64,000 nt of DNA, from NCBI GenBank assembly GCA_963714855.1, contig CAVQPT010000009.1, positions 31,438 through 95,437 of the forward strand. Direction: 5' to 3'. Positions 24,918-35,721 of this stretch are shown piece by piece; the stretch's first letter is position 1, and every line of letters starts with the position of its first letter. Position numbers and translations under genes: made by a program. The notes beneath the pieces were generated by a model that did not search any database, had not been told where the DNA came from, and saw only the letters and a list, made by a program, of their open reading frames with translations. Origin of the DNA: an uncultured Bacteroidota bacterium. GTDB lineage: Bacteria; Bacteroidota; Ignavibacteria; UBA10030; UBA6906.

Positions 24918-26924
24918 TCAATTCACATCCAGAATGTGGACCCAACCATGGGCGACGCCCAGGCCGATTTCCACAGAGTCAAAATATTTTTGCGCCCCGC
25001 TCGTCCATGCTTCCTCGAACCCGCGATCGATCACGGTCGTCTCGATCGGTATCCAGAGAGTCTCCCCTCCGCCGGCACTGCGGCGGATGACATAGCGTTT
25101 CGGGTTGCCGGCAATCGCGGACCCGAAGCGCGGTTCCACCCCCGTATCGAACAACAGAAAGATGTGCGCTTTGTCCGGTGCATCCGGCGGGACAATGTCC
25201 ACAAACGCGGTTGAGATACCGATGCTGCTGAGCAGCGAAGCAAAACAGACCGTCATATCGTCACAGTCCCCGCCCCGGAGTTCAAGCGTTTCCGCCGGAT
25301 ATTGCACATAGTCGGCGGTCAGCTTCGGATCGCGGACATACTGGAGTTTTCCGGCAAACGTGTCCAGGAGGATCCGCGCCTTCACGAATCGCTCGAAGAC
25401 CGTTGAAACGCCCGCGAGCGAATCACGGTGGTCAAGCAACACATCACGCGAGTACCGGAGAATCGCAGGGTCGTCGGGGGTGACAAAATACCGGAGTGTC
25501 CGAGCATCGCCGTCCCATGCGTTCCGGCCGAGTATTAAAATACGCGTCTGATATTTGTCATCGTACTCTTCCGCGGGTGTCGCGTTGACGAACACATTCC
25601 CGTCTCGGACCGTCAACGAACGCACCCGCTGAACCTGTTCATTGAACACCGCGGTAAGCGGAATGTCCTCGGCCTCGCCGGGGAGAAGCAGGACCGGGGA
25701 AGACTCCGTGGGAGCGTCCATATAGCGTTCCACAAACAAGCTCACCCGTGCGTGGATCGGACGTGTGGATATGTTGCGTACCCGCGCCGTTCCAATGGGT
25801 GCAAATGCCAGCATCTCCCGCGACGCTGGGTAAACACCACCGGAGATCGTCACGCCTTCGATCCGTGCGAGGCTCTCGCGCACATGGCCGAACATGGCTT
25901 TTGCTGTGAATGCGATCCGGTCGCGGCTGTACGGATTCATGTCAAGATTGACGATTCTGTCCGGGTCGAATGTATCCGCCGACGTGCTTCCCCCGTGGTT
26001 CTCTCTGTCAAAGAAGCGAAGGTACGATGCATCAACTGCAAAGAACTCATACGACCATCCGACCCCTGCCGCCGCGGCAGCAATCGTTTTCTGTTCCCGT
26101 CGATTGGCAGAGATGCTTCCCCTGAGAGAAAGGCCGAAGTCCGTCGACCATTCCACTCCCACCGAGCCTGACCCTTCGGTCGATAGAGAACCGAGAAGAT
26201 CCAGGCGAGAACCGGGGGAATACAGGAGGCCAAACTCAGCCGCCCTCCGTGTGGGCAACCGGTAGGTCAGGAGGACTTCCTCGTCATCTCCCCGCCGCCA
26301 CTGCAGGAGGTTTCGCCCCGCAAGTGCAAGACTCAGAGCTTCTGTGACTTTCCATTGCAAGGCAAGATCGCCAAGCCACACCGTCGAACTGAATCCGACG
26401 GTGCTTGCCGCCGGATACGATATCGAATCACGATAGACAATCTGATAGCGTGTGTCTGTGACATTCTCCTGCCGGTTGCGCACGCCGATCCCGGCACTGA
26501 TCTGGCTGCTGAACCGGTGGGCGAACGAGAACGCATATGGCTCGCGGTATTCAATCTCCCGATCGGACGATTCCGGGCTGTTTGCATTACCGAGCGTCAG
26601 GACCGGAGGGGCGACGAATCGCAGGAGCGATCCGGGCGCATATCTGAATGCCAGGGCCTCGTTCTCGAACAGCCGTTTCCCGATTGCCAGTCCCTGAAAT
26701 ACAAATCCGTTCAGCGCCTTCGAGGGTACTGCATATGCGGAAATGCTGAAATCCCAATCACGTATCCGCGTGAGCCCGGCCGGGTTCGACGGAAACTCCC
26801 GGGTGTCTTTGACCACGGGCAGGGGCGAACCCAGGGCTAGAGACCGGGCATCCATAAGCGATTGCGCATGTGTCGACATGGCGATCATCCCAAGACCCAT
26901 CATGGCCGGAAGTCTGAAGTTCAC
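24918..26924 (-). CDS. hypothetical outer-membrane-type protein with C-terminal transglutaminase-like (Cys protease) domain
   Basis: 668 aa; signal peptide; N-terminal two-thirds rich in alternating beta-strand-like segments; C-terminal ...ELRGGDCDDMTVCFASLLSSIGI... is the transglutaminase-like core motif. Confidence 0.6.
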   Translation of the reverse strand: MNFRLPAMMGLGMIAMSTHAQSLMDARSLALGSPLPVVKDTREFPSNPAGLTRIRDWDFSISAYAVPSKALNGFVFQGLAIGKRLFENEALAFRYAPGSLLRFVAPPVLTLGNANSPESSDREIEYREPYAFSFAHRFSSQISAGIGVRNRQENVTDTRYQIVYRDSISYPAASTVGFSSTVWLGDLALQWKVTEALSLALAGRNLLQWRRGDDEEVLLTYRLPTRRAAEFGLLYSPGSRLDLLGSLSTEGSGSVGVEWSTDFGLSLRGSISANRREQKTIAAAAAGVGWSYEFFAVDASYLRFFDRENHGGSTSADTFDPDRIVNLDMNPYSRDRIAFTAKAMFGHVRESLARIEGVTISGGVYPASREMLAFAPIGTARVRNISTRPIHARVSLFVERYMDAPTESSPVLLLPGEAEDIPLTAVFNEQVQRVRSLTVRDGNVFVNATPAEEYDDKYQTRILILGRNAWDGDARTLRYFVTPDDPAILRYSRDVLLDHRDSLAGVSTVFERFVKARILLDTFAGKLQYVRDPKLTADYVQYPAETLELRGGDCDDMTVCFASLLSSIGISTAFVDIVPPDAPDKAHIFLLFDTGVEPRFGSAIAGNPKRYVIRRSAGGGETLWIPIETTVIDRGFEEAWTSGAQKYFDSVEIGLGVAHGWVHILDVN

Positions 26925-26932
26925 AGACCGTC

Positions 26933-27811
26933 CTATCGTAACTCAAGAAAACAGTTATACACCGACGCAGCCTGGACGAAGACCTTGCCCGAAACCGGCT
27001 GCGTAACCTGCAACTCCTTCTTGTTCGCCAGAATGAACGTGAATATGTACGACGTCTGTTTCGGAAGCTGCGTCAGGAGCTTTGCCGGTATCATTGCTCT
27101 CCCTGTGTTCGCACGCACGCGCAGCTCCACGAGCGGTCTTGCCTTCTGGCTGAGGGGATCGTACTGACTGATCACCAGCGAGAGACTCCCCTTCCCGCCG
27201 GCCCATCGCAACGGGAGGTCCTTTGACCGGAAGTACACACCGCCTCCCCGGGGAGTATTTACCGAGATCTTCTCCGGCGATTCGCCAACAACCGTGTAGA
27301 CCGGCTGGAGGTTTTTCGTGATCGACCAGATATACAGATGATCTGCCTGATACGACGAGGTCAGGTCGGAAAGGTACTCCACGCCCGAGGTGATGATTGT
27401 ATCTCTGCTTAGAAACCGGGGTACCGCTATCCGGTGGGGAAGCTTGAACATGAGGTCGCCGTTCAGCGTAACCGTACCGACGTCCCTGCCGAGAAATCCC
27501 ACCACCCTGTCAAATACGCGCACGGTACTGTCGGTGAAAAAGACCCGGGAAAAGGCGAGGGATTTTGTCACAACGCCTGCGTCCCACGTGATCGCGGTAA
27601 TCGTAAAGAATCCGGCAAAGCGCACCTGGTCCACCGGAAGAATCCCGGTCGAGTCCACCGAAGCGACCGTGATATTGGTGTCTGGAAGTGCCACCGGATA
27701 GACTTCGATGTTGTTCAGGTCCTCGTCGGAGGTCAGCTCGATATCCGCCGGCTGGCGGCAGCCGCCCAGCATCAGGGCAGTCAGGGCAAATATCCAGATT
27801 CTTGTCTTCAT
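26933..27811 (-). CDS. lipoprotein (hypothetical)
   Basis: MKTRIWIFALTALMLGGC lipobox at the internal Met. Confidence 0.55.
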   Translation of the reverse strand: MKTRIWIFALTALMLGGCRQPADIELTSDEDLNNIEVYPVALPDTNITVASVDSTGILPVDQVRFAGFFTITAITWDAGVVTKSLAFSRVFFTDSTVRVFDRVVGFLGRDVGTVTLNGDLMFKLPHRIAVPRFLSRDTIITSGVEYLSDLTSSYQADHLYIWSITKNLQPVYTVVGESPEKISVNTPRGGGVYFRSKDLPLRWAGGKGSLSLVISQYDPLSQKARPLVELRVRANTGRAMIPAKLLTQLPKQTSYIFTFILANKKELQVTQPVSGKVFVQAASVYNCFLELR

Positions 27812-27997
27812 GGTTGCACCTCGCATACCGCAAATATACTGAGAAATCCTGTTGAAAAACTACTCCATATCCCGATCGATGCCACCGTGTTTGTCAGACA
27901 CTGCGGGCGGATCGCATCCCACCCCGCGATCCGCCCACCAGTTCCTCCCTGCTCTGTGCCGCGAGCCTTCCCGGTACGGCAATCACACCCAGTCCGC

Positions 27998-28978
27998 TTA
28001 GAACACCCGATACGGCACACCCCACCAGCTCACGGCATACGGGGTGGTATCATCGAGCAGTGTTGCGCGCGTGACGGCATCAAACCCCATGTGGAAGTAG
28101 CCGCGATGGAAGTGCATATACTGGGGGGCTATCCGCGAAATCTCGAACACCCGTGTGAAGGTGCCGTCGCCGTTGTCGGCCTGCGACGCCATGGTCAGAC
28201 GGACGCGTTTGCGCTGGGAAGGACCGGCACCATACCGCAGCGCAACGAAATCCGTGTCCGGTGACGCCGAGACCAGGGTGAGCTCGACTTTCAGTGGCTG
28301 GCCCGCCACGAACTCCGGCACATCCTTCCGCCCGCCGTTGAACATCTTGAGCCAGCGGTAGCGGAGATAGTATCCATTCGGGTCAGTGATGGTGATCGTA
28401 TCATTGTTGGGAAGATAGACCACTAGCTTCGTGATGTCGATCATGTTGTTCGGTGCCACCGTGCCGCCATCGACCAGCGAGCTCGCAACCGGCACCCAGT
28501 TCAGCCAGTACCGCACCGCATCGCGCCCCATACGCTTGAAAATCACGTTCCGGGTCGATTTGTCATTGAACGGTTTTTCGATGGTGACGGTATCTCCGTT
28601 CTGGTTCAGCGCACGGATCTTGAGCGTTCCGAGTATGTTTTTCTCGACGAGAGCGATCGCAATCGTGTCGCCGGGCTGGATCGTGCTGGTCACCGTCCGC
28701 GTAATGCTGCTGGTGAACCGGCCCCACCGCAACGGCGTGACTGCAGCGTCGACTTTGCCGAACGTACCGTAATCAAACGGCTGAATCGCCTCGTCCGAAA
28801 AAGTTTCTTCGTCATTGGCCACAAACTCGTCATTCTCGGCGAAATACTGCATCGCCTGTTCTTCGTTGGTCACGCCCACAGGCGCCTGTTCTTCAGGCCC
28901 GTTGTCCTTGTTGCATCCCGTAACAAACAACCCTGCCAACAGAAGAACCGACAGCGTCAGAACTGCTGAGAACTTCAT
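27998..28978 (-). CDS. lipoprotein (hypothetical)
   Basis: MKFSAVLTLSVLLLAGLFVTGC lipobox at the internal Met. Confidence 0.55.
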   Translation of the reverse strand: MKFSAVLTLSVLLLAGLFVTGCNKDNGPEEQAPVGVTNEEQAMQYFAENDEFVANDEETFSDEAIQPFDYGTFGKVDAAVTPLRWGRFTSSITRTVTSTIQPGDTIAIALVEKNILGTLKIRALNQNGDTVTIEKPFNDKSTRNVIFKRMGRDAVRYWLNWVPVASSLVDGGTVAPNNMIDITKLVVYLPNNDTITITDPNGYYLRYRWLKMFNGGRKDVPEFVAGQPLKVELTLVSASPDTDFVALRYGAGPSQRKRVRLTMASQADNGDGTFTRVFEISRIAPQYMHFHRGYFHMGFDAVTRATLLDDTTPYAVSWWGVPYRVF

Positions 28979-29206
28979 GACAACCTCCCCTAGAATGTTG
29001 AATTGTGATTGTGAGTGCATCATGTTTGTCTGTCCTTTCTGCCGGCTTGAATTGCAAGCCCTGTGCCAGAAGGTGCAGGGAGGATGGTGAGGTTTGCTAA
29101 AGGACTCTGCAACAAGGCATTAGCACGATTTCCGAAACCTGGGGTGGCGGCGTGGTGGTTGGAACAACTGCGGGAATTTCAGGACGAAGTGCGGGAATCG
29201 TAGACT

Positions 29207-31858
29207 TCAGGCGGAATCCGGCAGGGACCAGATATTACGATAACTTGCCTCTGCCACCTGCTCGAGCCAGGAATGGTACCGCTGCGGAAGGTTCTTGGTC
29301 TTCGGCTTCAGTGCCTCGCGCGCCATTTCCCAGGGTTGGGATCTGTCGATCCCGTCGGCGATGTTCCCGAGATACTCCTGGAGCCGCCTGCGGACTCGGC
29401 CATTGACGAGAGCATCGGAAGAGAGGGACAGCACAAGAATGGTCTGCTGGAGATCGAAACGATGCTCGACGAACGCCTTCAGAAACTCCCCGCGAAGGTA
29501 TTCGGCCACCGTACCCCTGTTCAGCCCACCCAGGGCAGCCGCGGTCTGGGACACGGAACTCCGCGAGAATCCAAATTCGCGGACCATCTCGAGTATCTGT
29601 TCCTCGAGGGGGACCTTGCCCTGAACGGCTTCGGCAACTTCCACCGTAAGGTCGCTCAAGGTCAGAAGCACACGGTGCTCCGCCTCGGCCAGAACGCTCC
29701 CCCTGCGTATGACACTCTCGAGTTCACGCACGTTTCCCGGCCAGCCATATTCCTGTAACGCATCCATGACGTTTCTGGAGACGCGCAGTGCCTCTCCTTC
29801 CCTCCGGAGAAAGTGATTCACCAGGAGCGGGGTGTCTTCCTTCCGTTCACGCAGGGGAGGGAGAGAGACCGTCAGAACGTTCAAGCGGTAGTACAGGTCC
29901 TCGCGAAACCGCTGCGCTTTCACCTGGATCCTCAGGTCCTTATTTGTCGCCGCAAGCACTCGCACGTCGACGTGAACGGTTTTCGTTCCGCCGACGCGTT
30001 CGAACTCCCCTTCCTGGAGCACTCTGAGGAGTTTCAGTTGAAAACCGTCGGAAACCTCGCCGATTTCATCAAGGAAGATCGTTCCGCCGTCGGCGAGTTC
30101 AAAGCGTCCCATCTTGTCCTTGACGGCTCCCGTGAACGACCCCTTTTCGTGTCCGAAGAGTTCGCTTTCGAGAAGATTCTCAGCAAGGGCACCGCAATTG
30201 ACGGCAATGAAAGAACCGCCGGACCGCGTGCTGCGTTTGTGGATTGCCTGCGCGATAAGCTCTTTCCCCGTCCCGCTCTCTCCCAGAATGAGCACGGGAG
30301 CGTCACTTCCCGCGATTTTCGCAACAAACTCTATTGCCGGCCGCATCGCACCGTTTTTGCTGTAGACGATTCCTTCGAACACCGCAGAGGCATCCTCACC
30401 AGTCCCCGGTGTTGCTTCAACCATGTCATCGGCCCGCTCGGAGAGCGACCGGATTTCGGCTTTGTGCCGGCGGATTTCTTCAAGCAACTCTTCGGTACGG
30501 TCCCTGTTCTGCGCGGCCTGATCGTCAAGGAACTGGCGTTCGAGCACGGCAAGCTGCGCTTCTTTGTCATGCAGCCGTGAGAGGACCGCGTCTTTTTCTG
30601 CAGTGAGCTGGTCCACCTGACCGCGCACGATGCGGTGACGCGCCAGGATTCCGGCGAGGGTCGCGACGCCAGCGACCAGCAGCATCGGGAGGACCGGCAG
30701 AACCACGGCGGACACAGCAAAGAAGAAGAAGGATAGCGCAATCGCGCAGGTCACGATCGTTCCGGCCAGAACTTTGCCCCACGGGCCCGGCACTCCCAGA
30801 ACCGCCATCAGACAGAGCACGCTTACAAGAAGTGCAAACAGTAGTGACACTGCGGGGGATGCCGTTGTCTGGAATCCGGCGTGGAGGGCATTGTCGAGAA
30901 ATGCAGCGTGAAGACCGATCGACGGCATCCGCGGATCCACTGGCGTCGTGAACACGACTCCCCGACCTTCAGCAACCACACCGATCAGCACGATCTTGTC
31001 CTGGAGCTGGAGGACCGGAACCCTCGCGGTGCCGCCGGATCGTAACTGATCGTACGCCCGCAGGACGTCCAGAAATGGATAGACGGTGTAGGTGGCAAGT
31101 GGGCCGGAGTAGTTCAGTGCGACCTCTCCACCGGCTGTTGTGCCGAATGCCACCTGGTCCGCCCTGTGCCGCATCATGACGGAGCCACCGTCGGATTGCA
31201 CGCCCGCACGCTCAACGCCAAGGAAAAGGCGGGTGACCTCGAGACCAAACGAGGGGATAGATTCACGCCCCCGGCCGATGAAGACGGGAATAGAGCCGTC
31301 GGCTGAGAGGTTCACATGGCCGATCCCTGCGGCCGCGGTCGCAAACTGCCCGAGCGGCATGTGGAGACCAAACCCAATCACGGCCGGATCCATGACCGCC
31401 GGGAAATGGAACGCCGGATGTCCTTCCCCGCCGGTGCCGCCGGTCGCCGCCCGGCCGGAAAGCGAATCGAAATAGCAGGTCAACGCAACGGGACGCGACG
31501 ACGCCATCATCCCCGCCAGGAGATCGTCATACTCCGGATACTCAACGCGCTGATCTTCCAGAACCAGTTCAATACCCATGGCCCGGACCTTGAGATCCGT
31601 GAGCGCTTTGACCATCAGGGCATGAAAATTCCGTCGCACCGGCCACCCCACGACCTTGATAGCAGCATCGTCGATATAGACAACTACGATATTCGAATCC
31701 GGCACTCGATCACCCCGCACGGCATACCGGAGGGCAGTGACGCGCTCCTCCAGTGACCTCAGGGGAGAGAAGAGCAGGATCGCTGCCAGCAACGCCAGAA
31801 ATGTCGCGGCAGCCGCGGGAAGGAGTGTGCGAGGGTTTGTTATTGCCGCAGGAGCCAT
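29207..31858 (-). CDS. CHASE2 sensor domain-containing sigma-54-dependent transcriptional activator (membrane-anchored bEBP)
   Basis: 883 aa; N-terminal periplasmic CHASE2-like region with TM segments, coiled coil, sigma54-interaction AAA+ domain (GESGTGKE...GAFTGA-like GSFTGA...), putative HTH and a ~100-aa C-terminal extension. Confidence 0.75.
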   Translation of the reverse strand: MAPAAITNPRTLLPAAAATFLALLAAILLFSPLRSLEERVTALRYAVRGDRVPDSNIVVVYIDDAAIKVVGWPVRRNFHALMVKALTDLKVRAMGIELVLEDQRVEYPEYDDLLAGMMASSRPVALTCYFDSLSGRAATGGTGGEGHPAFHFPAVMDPAVIGFGLHMPLGQFATAAAGIGHVNLSADGSIPVFIGRGRESIPSFGLEVTRLFLGVERAGVQSDGGSVMMRHRADQVAFGTTAGGEVALNYSGPLATYTVYPFLDVLRAYDQLRSGGTARVPVLQLQDKIVLIGVVAEGRGVVFTTPVDPRMPSIGLHAAFLDNALHAGFQTTASPAVSLLFALLVSVLCLMAVLGVPGPWGKVLAGTIVTCAIALSFFFFAVSAVVLPVLPMLLVAGVATLAGILARHRIVRGQVDQLTAEKDAVLSRLHDKEAQLAVLERQFLDDQAAQNRDRTEELLEEIRRHKAEIRSLSERADDMVEATPGTGEDASAVFEGIVYSKNGAMRPAIEFVAKIAGSDAPVLILGESGTGKELIAQAIHKRSTRSGGSFIAVNCGALAENLLESELFGHEKGSFTGAVKDKMGRFELADGGTIFLDEIGEVSDGFQLKLLRVLQEGEFERVGGTKTVHVDVRVLAATNKDLRIQVKAQRFREDLYYRLNVLTVSLPPLRERKEDTPLLVNHFLRREGEALRVSRNVMDALQEYGWPGNVRELESVIRRGSVLAEAEHRVLLTLSDLTVEVAEAVQGKVPLEEQILEMVREFGFSRSSVSQTAAALGGLNRGTVAEYLRGEFLKAFVEHRFDLQQTILVLSLSSDALVNGRVRRRLQEYLGNIADGIDRSQPWEMAREALKPKTKNLPQRYHSWLEQVAEASYRNIWSLPDSA

Positions 31859-33039
31859 TGTTCGGGGTTCTGTTTTTCGCGGTCTTTCCAGACTTCAAAA
31901 TGCAGACGCGGGCCATCAAGAGTATCACCACTGGTTCCGAGGACATCTCCTTCACCGATGGTTTGCCCTTCGAGGACTTCAACGTCCGCGAGATGCGTGT
32001 AGACGGTGCGGTACCCGTTCTGATGATTCACGATCACGAGGTTTCCGTAGGTGGGAAGCCACCAGATTGTCGCGACTTCCCCGGCGGCAACAGCGGTAAC
32101 CCTGGAGCCAGCCTCCACGGAGATGTCGATGCCGGTATTCTGCGTGATAGTCCGCAGCGTGGGATGGCGTTGTGGCCCGAACCGTGCAACAATGCTTCCC
32201 TGTGTCACGGGCCAGCGCAGCTTCCCTCTCCGCTGCTCAAAGGCAGCCGCATCCGAGAATGGTTGTGGAAGCTGAGGAAGGTGCTTTTCCGTGGTGGACT
32301 TTGCCTTCCGGATTCGTTCGGCCTCCACGAGCCGCGCGATCATAGTTTCCATGTCGCGGGCGGCACGGGTCTGGCGCTGAATCTCACGGGCCAGAAGGTT
32401 CTTGTCCTTGCGTATGCGCTGAAGAGTTACACGGCGTTCTTCCGCAAGCGTACCCAGCCGGTCTTCTTCCGCCCCTTTTTCTGCGATCAGGCGGCGTTCT
32501 TCACTAAGATCCTTTGACGCCCTCGCCTGGGTCTCTTCGAGTTCACGCTGCTTTTGCGCTATGCGTTCTGCGTCACGTTTGCGCTGCTCGCTGAACCGGC
32601 GGAGATACTCGTTCCGAATAGCGAACTGTGTCAGTGACGACGACGTGAACAGGAGTTCTGCATCGTAATGACGTCCGGTCTTATACACGGACGTAACGTA
32701 GCGCGCATAGTGGTCCTTCAGGAAGGCAAGCTGTTCCTCGAGGTGGTGCAGTTGGCTGCGCGTCCCATCGATGCGAATCTGTATGCGTCGCTCATCAGTA
32801 CGAAGCTTTCCGATGAGACGCCGGAGAAGCGTCGCTTTCCGATCGTAGGTGTCGAGCAATTCGAGCGTCTCGTTTTCGTTTTGTTGATGCGCCTTGCTTC
32901 GGGCTTCCAGTTCCTGGATCTGGTCCCGTAACGATTCCAGTTCTGCCTGCCGCTGCTGGAGCTCCTCCTGGCACAGACCGGCTGACGGAAATCCGGCACA
33001 GAGGAGGAATACACCCAGGAGTGTCGTACGCATTCTCAT
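31840..33039 (-). CDS. M23 family peptidase with N-terminal coiled coil (EnvC-like murein hydrolase activator)
   Basis: ATGA overlap with the upstream DUF4292 gene gives start 33039; C-terminal M23/LytM domain (...NGYRTVYTHLADV...HFEVW...). Confidence 0.8.
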   Translation of the reverse strand: MRMRTTLLGVFLLCAGFPSAGLCQEELQQRQAELESLRDQIQELEARSKAHQQNENETLELLDTYDRKATLLRRLIGKLRTDERRIQIRIDGTRSQLHHLEEQLAFLKDHYARYVTSVYKTGRHYDAELLFTSSSLTQFAIRNEYLRRFSEQRKRDAERIAQKQRELEETQARASKDLSEERRLIAEKGAEEDRLGTLAEERRVTLQRIRKDKNLLAREIQRQTRAARDMETMIARLVEAERIRKAKSTTEKHLPQLPQPFSDAAAFEQRRGKLRWPVTQGSIVARFGPQRHPTLRTITQNTGIDISVEAGSRVTAVAAGEVATIWWLPTYGNLVIVNHQNGYRTVYTHLADVEVLEGQTIGEGDVLGTSGDTLDGPRLHFEVWKDREKQNPEQWLLRQ

Positions 33040-33818
33040 GGCTTCGTGAATGTCCGCCGCTGTGCCGAGCGGGGAATCGTATAGGTGAAGGAAAGCTCTG
33101 CGGGGTTTAATGTGATCGACGAATAGTAGACCGAGAGCCGCCCCGACTGCAGAGGAAAGGATGCGATAATCTGGCGGGGGGCGCAACGATCGTCCTGTTC
33201 CACGGGTAACGACGCTTCGGCCTCAAACACAGGGGAGCCACCGGATTCCGATCGATACCGTGTGACCAGCCGTGAGGATGGGTCGACCCAGAATGTCTTC
33301 GACTCCTCCGGACTGTCGTACCGGAGACGGAAGAGGTTCCCTTCAATGGAATACACCGACGGTTCGGCCCCGCCGGGAAGGCGGAATGTGCCCGTAAAAG
33401 CGTCGATCAGTTCATCGACTGTCAGGGAAAGCGGAAGAACAGAGCGAATCCCCGCTGCCGTCGGGACGCCCGTGAACGCGACGTTTTCGAGCCGGTTATA
33501 GATCACGTAGGAGGATCGGCTGAGAAAGAAAAACCCCGCATCCATGCCGAACGGTCCTTCGAACCGAATGAGCAGGCTATCGGGTTTGCGAAGACTGATA
33601 GTGAAAAACACCGAACCGCTGAGTTCCGAACTTTCAAAAGCGACGCTCCCGCTGCCGCTCAGTCCCGTTACGCGGGCGTCGTTGTCCCGGATTATCCGCG
33701 CAAGTTCTCCGGCAGGGACCCGGCCGGTGTCAAGCAGAAGGTCAGCTCTGTGCGGTGCACAACCAGACAGCGCCAGCACTGTCAGAAGCACCACCCACAG
33801 CCGGAACAGAATACTCAT
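33036..33818 (-). CDS. DUF4292 family lipoprotein
   Basis: 260 aa, lipobox LALSGC; conserved position between the TPR and M23 genes. Confidence 0.7.
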   Translation of the reverse strand: MSILFRLWVVLLTVLALSGCAPHRADLLLDTGRVPAGELARIIRDNDARVTGLSGSGSVAFESSELSGSVFFTISLRKPDSLLIRFEGPFGMDAGFFFLSRSSYVIYNRLENVAFTGVPTAAGIRSVLPLSLTVDELIDAFTGTFRLPGGAEPSVYSIEGNLFRLRYDSPEESKTFWVDPSSRLVTRYRSESGGSPVFEAEASLPVEQDDRCAPRQIIASFPLQSGRLSVYYSSITLNPAELSFTYTIPRSAQRRTFTKP

Positions 33819-35554
33819 AGCGATCCGCGGGAAATCTTGTCCCGAAGTGCTGCATTGCCCTCATCGAGCTTGAGCGCCATCCCCCAGTGCTCGATGGCAA
33901 GGTCCTTCTGGTTCATCCGGAAGTAGATATCGCCGAGGTGTTCGTAGACCACGGCATTCACCTCGCCTTTGCCGATCGCCTTTTTTACGTAACGTTCTGC
34001 TTCTGTGTAGTCGCCCAGGCGATAGTAAATCCAGCCGATCGTGTCGAGATACGAGGGGTTGTCGGGCTGCGCCTCAACGGCCTTGCGCGACATGGCAAGG
34101 GCACGTTCCAGTTGCAGGCCGCGTTCGGCCAGACTGTAGGCATAGTTGTTCAGCACCAGGTGGTTCCCCTGGTCCAGTTTCAACGCCTCCTCGTACAGCG
34201 CATCGGAATCCTCGAAACGTCGCATCGTGTCGTACACGAGGGCGAGCTGTGCGATGGCGTCCTGATCCCTGGGATTGATCTCTCGCGCGTGCTCGAGGAC
34301 AAGCGCCGCATCGATGTTCCGGTTCAACCGGCTGTAGGAAATCCCGAGGAAGAAATTCACCCGAAAATCATCGGGGAGGACTTTCCGGGCGGCTTCCAGG
34401 ATGGTGACCACCTCGGCGAAGTTGTTGCGGCCCAGGAACACGGACGAGAGGTAGACCCAGGCATCGGGATTCCAGCTCGCCAGTTCGGTGACACGCTTGA
34501 AACTTCGTACCGAGAGCGAATCGTCACGCGTCATGCTCCCGATGGCGCCGAGGAACCAGTACGGTCGCCAGTCATCGGGATGCTCGCCGGCAATTTTCTC
34601 GAACAGCGATCGTGTCACAGGCGCCAGCGTGGAGTCTTTTCCCATTTCAGCGAAGTACATCTCGCCGATACGGATTTTCACGTTGGGGCTTACCGAGTCG
34701 CTGGAAAGAACAGCATCAAATTCGCGGGCGGCGCGCTCATATTCGCCCTTGGCAAGAAATATGCCTGCAACGTCAGCATGCAGCTCAAGGTCGTCCGGAG
34801 AAAGTTCCCGCAGCTCGCGGTAGACCGCAAGACCGTCATCATAATTGCCTGCCCGGACGTACGTCTGGGCGAGTGTTTTCCGGAGCTCCTGATTGCTGGG
34901 ATCCAGCAGGGTCATTTCCTTCAACGCAGCAGCAGCCTTGTCAAATTTCCCCATCTTGTTGTAGATATCGGCTGTCTGCAGCAGAACTTCCCAATCAGGC
35001 CCGAACCGTGACAGGATTTGCTCATACACTTCCAGTGCCCTGAGCGGTCTGCGGCTTTGGTAGATGCGCGCCAGGTTGTACCAGACGTCGATCTGGGTCG
35101 AGTCACCGGCAAGAATTTCCTCGAACACGCGGGCTGCAGCATCAAAATCAAATGCCGCACCGTAGGCGTCTGCAAGAGTGCGCTTGTAGGTGATCTCTTC
35201 GGGCGCCCTGCGAACTGCTTCGCGTGCGGCCTCAATGGCCAGGGAGTGCTTGTTCAGGCGGGTATAACTCTTCGACAGGGCGAAGTAAATGGCCGGATCC
35301 TGGTCATACCGGAGCGCGTCCTGGTATTCGAGGACCGCTTTGGCATATTCTCCCTTCATGTCAAAGACGGAGCCATCGACAAAGTGCTGCAGAGCGGTAT
35401 TGCGATTCTGGTCTTCCGCGCGCACTTGCGCGTTCCTCGACTGTGTCGGAATGCCTTCGGTGCCGACCCAGCAGCCCGTCAGGGCCACCACGAGAGGAAA
35501 AACCAGGGTGATACGAACAATTGATGCCACAGTCAGCCTCCTCAGACCATACAA
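33815..35554 (-). CDS. tetratricopeptide repeat protein
   Basis: 579 aa of TPR repeats with signal peptide. Confidence 0.8.
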   Translation of the reverse strand: MYGLRRLTVASIVRITLVFPLVVALTGCWVGTEGIPTQSRNAQVRAEDQNRNTALQHFVDGSVFDMKGEYAKAVLEYQDALRYDQDPAIYFALSKSYTRLNKHSLAIEAAREAVRRAPEEITYKRTLADAYGAAFDFDAAARVFEEILAGDSTQIDVWYNLARIYQSRRPLRALEVYEQILSRFGPDWEVLLQTADIYNKMGKFDKAAAALKEMTLLDPSNQELRKTLAQTYVRAGNYDDGLAVYRELRELSPDDLELHADVAGIFLAKGEYERAAREFDAVLSSDSVSPNVKIRIGEMYFAEMGKDSTLAPVTRSLFEKIAGEHPDDWRPYWFLGAIGSMTRDDSLSVRSFKRVTELASWNPDAWVYLSSVFLGRNNFAEVVTILEAARKVLPDDFRVNFFLGISYSRLNRNIDAALVLEHAREINPRDQDAIAQLALVYDTMRRFEDSDALYEEALKLDQGNHLVLNNYAYSLAERGLQLERALAMSRKAVEAQPDNPSYLDTIGWIYYRLGDYTEAERYVKKAIGKGEVNAVVYEHLGDIYFRMNQKDLAIEHWGMALKLDEGNAALRDKISRGSL

Positions 35555-35721
35555 GCGTAAAAGTCTACAAAAAATATACCCATTGGCAAAGTGAATAACA
35601 AGCCGATCAGATGGGGCCTTTCTTGCCCCCTGGGGTCATGGACGCACGATTTGGCCGGCGCCCGCGCCGGGAAGCCTAAATATTGCCCCTCGGCGAGAGA
35701 CCCGCCGACCCCCGGGTCAGC

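Noticed and set aside
29024-29206. Sigma-54 (-24/-12) promoter upstream of the lipoprotein cluster
   Set aside because: The closest candidate (GG...GC around 29087-29100) has 8-nt rather than 10-nt spacing between the GG and GC dinucleotides and lacks the TGGCAC/TTGCA flanks.
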